Origin: the human T2T-CHM13v2.0 reference genome, Homo sapiens
DNA length: 64,000 nucleotides
Direction: 5' to 3' (one strand)
Assembly (NCBI RefSeq): GCF_009914755.1
Contig: NC_060931.1
Position numbers and translations under genes: made by a program
The notes under the pieces: model-generated
The model's database searches: none
Told to the model about the DNA's origin: nothing
Seen by the model: only the letters and a program-made list of their open reading frames with translations
Shown here: positions 56,105 to 64,000 of the stretch, one piece after another
Numbering within the stretch: the stretch's first letter is position 1
Layout of the letters: every line of letters begins with the position of its first letter

Positions 56105-59100
56105 GATTTGAGGAACTCGGGGACCAGGAAGTCAAATCAAAAGACTGTTAGAACTAAGAGCCATTTTACAGATGAGACAATGGACAAATTCAAACATCCA
56201 CACATTTGGGGGACATACTTATTACATTAAGAATTTTGATAGAATTTTAAAATTTCATTTAGACAGCTGGTATTGGGTAGACAGGGATTTAGAATTTCCT
56301 GGGTAGTTTCAAGCCAATTCACATCCACCCCTTCCCCCGACCCCCTGAGTTTAAGTTCAGTTACTCTTGGAAAAACGCAACTTCCTGAGTTCTAAGAAAC
56401 ATAATTTAACAAAAAAGTTTTCCAGCCTCCCTGGAGGGCATATACCAGGCCGCTAAGAAAACAATGTACGGATTAAGTCAACATTTGAAGAAACTGCAGA
56501 TTCTGTTTCCCTTAAAATACATGTCGGCTTAAACATTGAGGGCAATGTGTTTGTCAAAACGCAGGCTAGATTTTTGCCAACCCCAGAGGGTTTATAAAAT
56601 ATGTTAAGATTGTCAATAAACTTTCCCTGGGAACAGATCCGTCCCACCCTCCCTGCTGCCGCCAGGAGGGCTCAGCAGAGAGATTGCGGCTGGAGACACC
56701 CAAGATGGAAAGGTAATCAAGGTGTGCTGTGGGCATTCAGGTGCCAGGCACCTGCCTAAGGATCCTGTGGGGCCGATACCAAGCCCAGCTGCTCCCGACG
56801 CATCTCAGCCCCAGGAAGGTGAAGCGCAGCAGTGAGTCATATGTTAAGCCAAGAAAAGCACTTAAAAGCCAATGGCGGCTAGTGAGCTGTGGCATCTCTA
56901 CCTGGTGGAACTGAAGCCTGAAGCCAGGGATGCTGAAGACCTGAAATGAGGGACCACTTTATGATGTGTGTAAGGAATAAAGGACATATACGCAGATGAT
57001 GGCAAATTGATAAAAATGTAAATGCATACAAATATTGAAGAAAACAGGCAATGATGAAAGGAAGGTTTAAAAAAAAAACTCCATTTCTGAACTGGGCCAG
57101 GCTGCCCTGATGCCCTCTGCCCTCTGCCCTGTGGCAGAGCCTGGCACTGAGCCCACAGAGGCCCACAGCGTTCAGGGTTCTGCTGTGGACAGGCCTCTTC
57201 CCCTGGGTTTCTAAGCACTCACCCACATCTGAACACACGCCCAAGTGAGTCACGGGTCAGAGCCAGGCCAACAGAGCATGTCCCCAACCCCAACCCCCAT
57301 GTTCCACAGAACACAAAACAGGCCTCCACTGACCCAGGCCTGCGGGGTCACCCTAGCGGGGAGGAGGCGGAACCAGGCCTGCCACCCCTGGAGCTGAGGC
57401 CCCCACCCCAACCCCGAGGACCCCAGGACAGAAGAGGGAAGGCATGGGGGTGGGCTCATCACACCTCCAGGGGCTGCAGGGATTGTGCAGAATAAGCAAA
57501 AAAGCCAAACTAAAAATAAATATTTCTGAAGGGATGAAGAATGCAGATAAGATGCAGTTATTATGTTCAAAGAACATGCTGAGGCTGACGGTTTTCTGCC
57601 AAGGTAGCGCCTGCACACCCTGGGGACTCGCTGGAAGTTTCAAGTCAAACTGCTTCCTCCCCCACCACCCCAATGCAGGAAAAGCAGCTCAGAGCTTCGG
57701 ACCTGCTGGTGGCGGGTCTCTGCCGGCGGTGGGCTGCAGTGGGCCTGGTGCCCCTGACTTGCGTGGAAGCCGTGTCTCCCTTCCCTGTGTCCCAGCTTTA
57801 GACAACGGACTGGACAGCCACCCTGGAAGCCACACGGGGCAGGGATGGCACTGCTGACCTGGTTTGCTCCAGCCCTTGTAGCACAAGGGTTATTTTCACC
57901 TGTGGGGGAGGCCCCACTGAGCCTGCTGTCCAGGACTGAGCCTTCCTCTGCTCCCCAATCCCCCTCTTTTCCACCCTGCCACCGCCATCTGCATGGACTT
58001 CACAGTGGGCTCACTCTTATCTAAGACTCCCATTGGGTTAGAAAAGAGGGAGCCCACCGTGGGTTCCGACAAGTGGGAGCCGCAGCTGGAGACTCTAGGT
58101 CAGGATATGTTCCCCTCCCCCAGCTCCGACCCTGCAGGGCTCCCTCAGGCTGGCTGTGGCCATCCAACCTGGAAGGAAGCCCTCTCAGCTGTTTCCAGGA
58201 TGCAGTGGCTGCGTCCCCGACTCAGGCCCAGAAGAGGTGACAGCCTTGCTGTTCCGAGCCACGGCCACTGTGGTTCCCTTATGCTCCACCTGCATTTTGC
58301 AGTGTCCCTTTATTAAACTCTCCTGGTAGAACCCAGTTTCGAGGGTGCTGGGACCCTGAGGCAGGTGACATCTGGGCCCAGAAGCACCAACAGCGTGGCT
58401 GGAATGGACACTGACGTGGCCACCAGAGACTTGTAGCAAATCTGCAAGCCCCCACTTTGAACCAAGACCTACGCAGCTTGGCTTTCTGGACTTCTCCGGT
58501 GGGAGCGGTCAGTTGCCCCCAAGCTGTGTGAGGCTGCTGTGGCTCTTGTCACCGGCGTGCCGCAGGCCTCCTTCAGCCCAGTCTTCTGGGCCACTGCTCT
58601 CCCGCCAGGCTTCACAGGGAATCTCCTATGCCACCGGCTCCCAGCAAATGGGAATGTGGGGTTGTACCCAGGAAATTAACAACAATCCCCGCCCCCTCAT
58701 GTTAGAAGACGAGGAAGCGTGTGGGACAGCCACAGTGGGCTGCCACCTTCAGGCTGAGTCCCCTACTCAACAGGAACAGGATAGGATAGGTACTACCATT
58801 TTGGAAAATGTCACTCATCTCATTGAACCAATAAAGTGCCCCCAAATAAGGAGATATTCAATGAATAAACCTGAAAAAGAGGAGGTCAGGGATAAGCAAG
58901 TGGCAAGTAATTCTTCTCTTTGCAGAGTAATTGCAATGAAGCCTTTTTCACTGTGAGCTCACCAACCGCATTTGAAAGGCAATTCCGTGTATGAACAAGT
59001 GAATGCACCCACAGGGAGGGGCTCCCCACACGCCGGTTCTGCAGCCCACTCTCCCTGGGGCCTCCGGGAGCAGCACCTCACCCACCAACCCCGCACGCCA

Positions 59101-60302
59101 CAGGGAACGGCCTTCACTCTTCCTCTCCCTCTCACCCTTTGGCCCAAACTTTCCTAAGCTCTGCGAGACACCCAGGAAAGCCTGCGGTCCCTGATTGCCC
59201 CTGCTGCCATGAACAGAGCCAGAGGTCTCTAGAGGAAAAGCGTACGTAGGAGTCGCCAGCCCCAGCCACTCTGCTCGAGAAATCCAGGACCGGCCAACCA
59301 CAGGCTCTTGTGGGCCCAGAGCTGTGCAAGGGCCAGGACGGAACCAAAGTGGAAAGAGATCTAGATTTAGAGTTAGGATGCTTCTAGGGATGGGGCCACC
59401 ACAGACCAGCCATGTGGTCTGGACACAACTTCCCCCACAGTGGTAAGAGAAGCACCGTACAGTCTTCAGAAACCCTCTCTGCCATGGACCAGCTGCGGGA
59501 CCCTGGACAAGTCCTGCCACCGCACCACGCCTCGAGGGATGTTGGCGACAGCACCCACCCCATTATCGATGGTATCTAGAAAACAACAAGAATGCCGTGT
59601 ATGCTGCTCATGAGTCTGCACCTCCCCACTCTCCTCTGTGAACTGGTGTCAATCCCACCCACCTCAGAGTTGTGAGGATTCATTACACAATAAAAAAGCA
59701 CAAAGATGTGTTATTTATAAAATATAGGGCACTAAACAAATGTTAAGACATTTTAATAATATTTCACTGATAGAAAAAAAAAATCCTGCAGGAGAAAGGA
59801 ACTGGCAACACCTTGCTTTCTTTGGGGATCCACACAAAAGGACTGTCACACACTCACAATGACTCTTTTGCAAGTTGAGCGTATCAGTAGAATCTCAGGA
59901 TAAAGAAAGATGACCTCTGTCCCCGTCCTTGAAAATTCCTGAAAATACCAACCCATATAACAGCAAAAACAATCCTAGCAAAATGGGCCACAGTTCTTTC
60001 ATTCCAGTGTCCTGCTTGAGCGGGGATAGCCCTGCCCTCAATTAGGGCAGAAGGTTGGGCACCCTCCCTGGGAAGTGAGTGTCAGTACCTCAAGGGGACA
60101 AGCAGCCGTGAGGGTCACCAAAGTGGGTGTGAAGGAAGGAGGCACAGGTGCCAGACACAGAGCTGGGCAGGAGGGTGGGCCCTGGAGGCTTGGTGAGGCT
60201 CCAGAGCTGCCGTGGGGGCAAAGCCAAGTGCCCACCAGGCTACCGGCAGCCTGGCAAAGCCTGGGGCCTCACTGGGGAGAAACCCCACCTAATTGTGGGC
60301 TA

Positions 60303-60719
<417 letters not shown>

Positions 60720-61011
60720 CTATTCATGGAGGACTGCATCACTGGAGCCCAGGCCTGGGGATCTGCATTTCTGAAACACCACCCACCCCTCTACCCCCAA
60801 GACAGTCTTATGTTTGGGAGCAATACCAACTGGACTTAACATTTCTAAAAGACCTCATATTTTCCATTCCTGGTTGAATGCCTATAAGTGTGTGTGGCTG
60901 TTTGGGGGGGATGTGTGTTAGTTTGTGGCCACCTCTCCATTATCCACACCAACTCCCAAGTAACCGGTAATCCAAAAGTCATCCCTGTTGGGTTTGAAAT
61001 ATCTGCCCTAA

Positions 61012-61350
<339 letters not shown>

Positions 61351-61999
61351 TAAAACCAGCAGTATCAGGATTAGCCAATATTGGGGCTAATATCCTACCT
61401 AAGTTGGAAGGCCTGGGCGAGGCCACAGAGAGTTCACTGATGATGGTGGAAAAGCCCGCGGTGATAAAGAACTACCCACAGCAGAAAGCCTCGCGGCTCA
61501 TCCAGGGGACTACGTGTGCTACCTGGGCAGTAGGAGGGCCAGAGCTGAAAGGGACCTCACAGTGCATGGGACAGGCCCAGGGGAAGGTGCACCCGAGGCA
61601 CACTGACCTCCTGAGTGAGTACAGGGCACAAATAGAAACCAACAGGCATGCAGGCAGGGTTTACAGCAATGAGAGGGCTCAGACTGCCATCTACCCCTCA
61701 CTGGCTGTGCGACCTGGGCGAATTACTTAACTCCCAGCCTGTTTCCACGTCTGTATGTGGGGTAACATAGTGTGACGACGGCACACTTCTCCGCACCGCT
61801 GGCCCTTAACAAGCGTCTACTGTTGCTGTGAGAGTCGTCAACAGGAAATGCCAGCAGAAGAGCACAATTGGCCACAAAGAGGCCACAAGGCACCTAGAGA
61901 CAAGGGAAGGTTTGCTTAGAAGGAGTATAGGTGCAACTTTTTGTTTGTTAACATTGTTGTCAAGGGAGATTTCCTGCCGCTGGTTGACAAATGATCTTC

Positions 62000-63600
62000 G
62001 CCTTTGTAGCGGACGCCCCTCGACCCACCCACCCGATCCCGGCCGCACCCTGCTCTGCACCCGCACCCCACCCCCAGACCTCACCCTGCCCTGCCGTGCG
62101 CTCAACAGCCAGATGCTGGGCCCAGACAAGCGCTCTTCCGCTAGTGTGCCGGGATGAGCGGGGGCTGGACTTCTAGAAAGGGGTCTGCGGGCGCAGGAGC
62201 TGGGGTCCGCGGTCTGGGGCCGGTGAGCTGCGGCGAAGAGGTCAGGGAGGGAGTGGGAGGGTCTACCTTGCAGGAGCGCGCAGCACTGGCCGTCCGCGGT
62301 GCTCCAGAGCCGGGCCGTGCCGTCCTCGCTGCCCGTCAGCAGGCGCTGCCCGTCGGGGCTCAGGCTCAGCCAGTTGATGCCCCCGCGGTGGTCGGCGCAG
62401 ACCCTCAGGGCCGACCCGCCGCCCCCCATCCCGCTGGCAGGGCGGGGAACAAGAAGGAGCTGCGCCCCGCTAGGGAGGGGCGCCCCGGGGTCCGCGCGGC
62501 GGCTCCGTACGACTGCGGCCCGCGGCCATCGCGGGGAACGGGGAGCCCGACTCCTGCGGAGGCACGCGGCGAGGGGAGGGTGAAGGACCCTAGCTCCCCG
62601 CTGCCTCCAGCCTCTGGGCCCGCGAACCCAGGGCGCTGCGGGGGGCGGCCCACTCGGGACCTCCGCCCTGGGTAGAGTCCTGGGCGCGCGGGCAGAGAGA
62701 ACCCCCTTCCCAGCACCGCTCGGAGGATCCACACCCCACCGGGCGAACAAGGCAGCTGCGTCTCTGGTGCACAAGGAGCCCCCCGCCTCCTCTCGCGCCC
62801 ACGGGGCTGGGGCGGGGAGAGGAACACGGGAAGCCGAGCGCCCCGCGCCCTCCCCGGCCGAGCGCGGAACAATACGGTCCAGCCTGGCTCCTCCTCAGAG
62901 ACCACCCCTCACCCGATCCCCTCCCACTTCTCGGGCTGCGCCCCAGCCCCCACCCCGCGCGCCTGCAGCCTCCCCCCTTCGTCGCTGTGCGGGTCCGGGG
63001 GACGGCTCCACGTGCGACCCTCCTAGCTGCCCGGGCTGCGCCTCTGGGCTCTGGCCTCTGCCACCTCCGCCGCCGCCGCCTGGGTCCCCTGAGCCAAGGG
63101 CCGGGACGAGGGAGGGGGAGGCGGACAAAGGGTCGGGGTCGGGGAGAATCGCGCGCCGGGAACTCATTTGGGGCGCAGCTCCACCGACCCCTCGGCTACT
63201 CGCCTCCACCAGGCAAGCCAGGTCCTCCCATGCTCTGAGCCCTAAGGACTCTGCCCGAGGGGCTCTCGGGGACTTGGGGGCGGTCCCCCAATGGAGGGTG
63301 CGACAGGGAAAGCCCCGAGTCCGCCCTCCCTGGGAAATCACGCGCACACCCAGGATTCTACTTTGGTCTGGCCGGAGTGGGGATGAGGTGCGAGCCGCTG
63401 CGGGGTCGGTGGAGCCGGGATGTCAAGTTCACCTTCCAGCCGCCGCGGGCTCCCTCGGCCTGGGGCGCCTCTAATGGACCCCGGGGTCGGCCTGAGCCCT
63501 CCCGGAGCGCCCGGCGGCTGGTTTCCATTAGGGCAGTTCCGGCGCCGACTTCGCTGGGGGCGGGGAAGGTGACCCCCCTACTCGGATCCCCCAGGTCCTA
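62000..63600. promoter_or_regulatory. CpG-island promoter of WDR86, probably bidirectional
   Basis: Very high GC and CpG density, GC boxes, spans the first coding exon. Confidence 0.9.
62267..62429 (-). CDS. WDR86: WDR86 exon 1: MGGGGSALRVCADHRGGINWLSLSPDGQRLLTGSEDGTARLWS...ALLQ
   Basis: ATG in gggATGG context, gtagac donor; 163 nt; WD40 repeat (TGSEDGTARLW). Confidence 0.95.
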
Positions 63601-64000
63601 AAGGTAGCAGGATTTCCAGAACGCTCCAGGGCTCTCTCAGGAGCCTAGGGAGAAGGGCAAGGAAGGGGCGTCTTTGGCGAGCTAGCCCGCAATGGGACGA
63701 CCAGTACTGCACGCTCTGCTCTATCCAGACTCCAAAAGAAAACCCCATCGTGGGGTGTCCCAGGCCGTTGGGTCGTTTATACCCAGAGTGGCCTAACCAG
63801 AGAAATCCGTTCTTTTCCCTCAAAACTTGTAAAGCAGCTGGCGCCTCAGCTTAAGGAGCGTGGCCCTTCCTTAGCAGGTGGTGGAGAGAGGGGCAGTGGA
63901 GGAGCGTTAGGACGAGATTTGGGGTCATCCAGCCGGAGAGAGGGAGGCCGAAAGGAGAGACGTTTTCAGGAGGTGGAGGCTTCAGCATTTGGATGCCTGC

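Larger units (their letters stand above)
62000..64000 (+). ncRNA. WDR86-AS1: Probable 5' part of an antisense lncRNA from the WDR86 CpG island
   Basis: Recalled annotation for this locus; in the sequence only the CpG island and a + strand donor-like CG|gtgagc at about 62223 support it; boundaries not resolved. Confidence 0.4.

Noticed and set aside
62767-63474. 235-aa Pro/Ala/Arg-rich ORF in the promoter island
   Set aside because: Expected stop depletion in a CpG island; no ATG start or domain; at most part of a lncRNA

Overview
Human-like (hominid) genomic DNA, recognisable as the NUB1-WDR86 locus (7q36.1 from memory). On the + strand are 13 coding exons of NUB1 (2065-30071; the ATG exon and promoter lie upstream of the window). 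All have GT-AG boundaries and splice into one frame of 576 codons plus stop, which with about 39 upstream residues matches the 615-aa NUB1L isoform. The alternative donor that removes 14 aa to give the 601-aa NUB1 form is visible. On the - strand is the complete 6-exon WDR86 CDS (62429 to 34410, 376 aa), converging tail-to-tail with NUB1 across a gap of about 2.7 kb. CpG islands cover the WDR86 promoter and its last two exons. The rest is intronic or intergenic and rich in repeats: about 30 Alus, a young 5'-truncated L1PA with TSD, old L1M/L2/MIR, solo LTRs (LTR13, an ERV1-class LTR, MaLR), DNA MITEs (MER46A, MER1B, MER20, MER2, MER5A), a two-unit VNTR and long TG-rich tracts. Most ORFs in the track are spurious (Alu, GC-rich or simple repeat). 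I see no convincing new multi-gene system. The best leads are regulatory: a strong-Kozak uORF and an N-myristoylation motif in WDR86, three open frames in the WDR86 last exon, solo LTRs carrying CTCF and NF-kB sites, inverted Alu pairs around NUB1 exons, and an exon-like stretch between the two genes. Repeat subfamily calls are from recalled consensus sequences and repeat boundaries are approximate.
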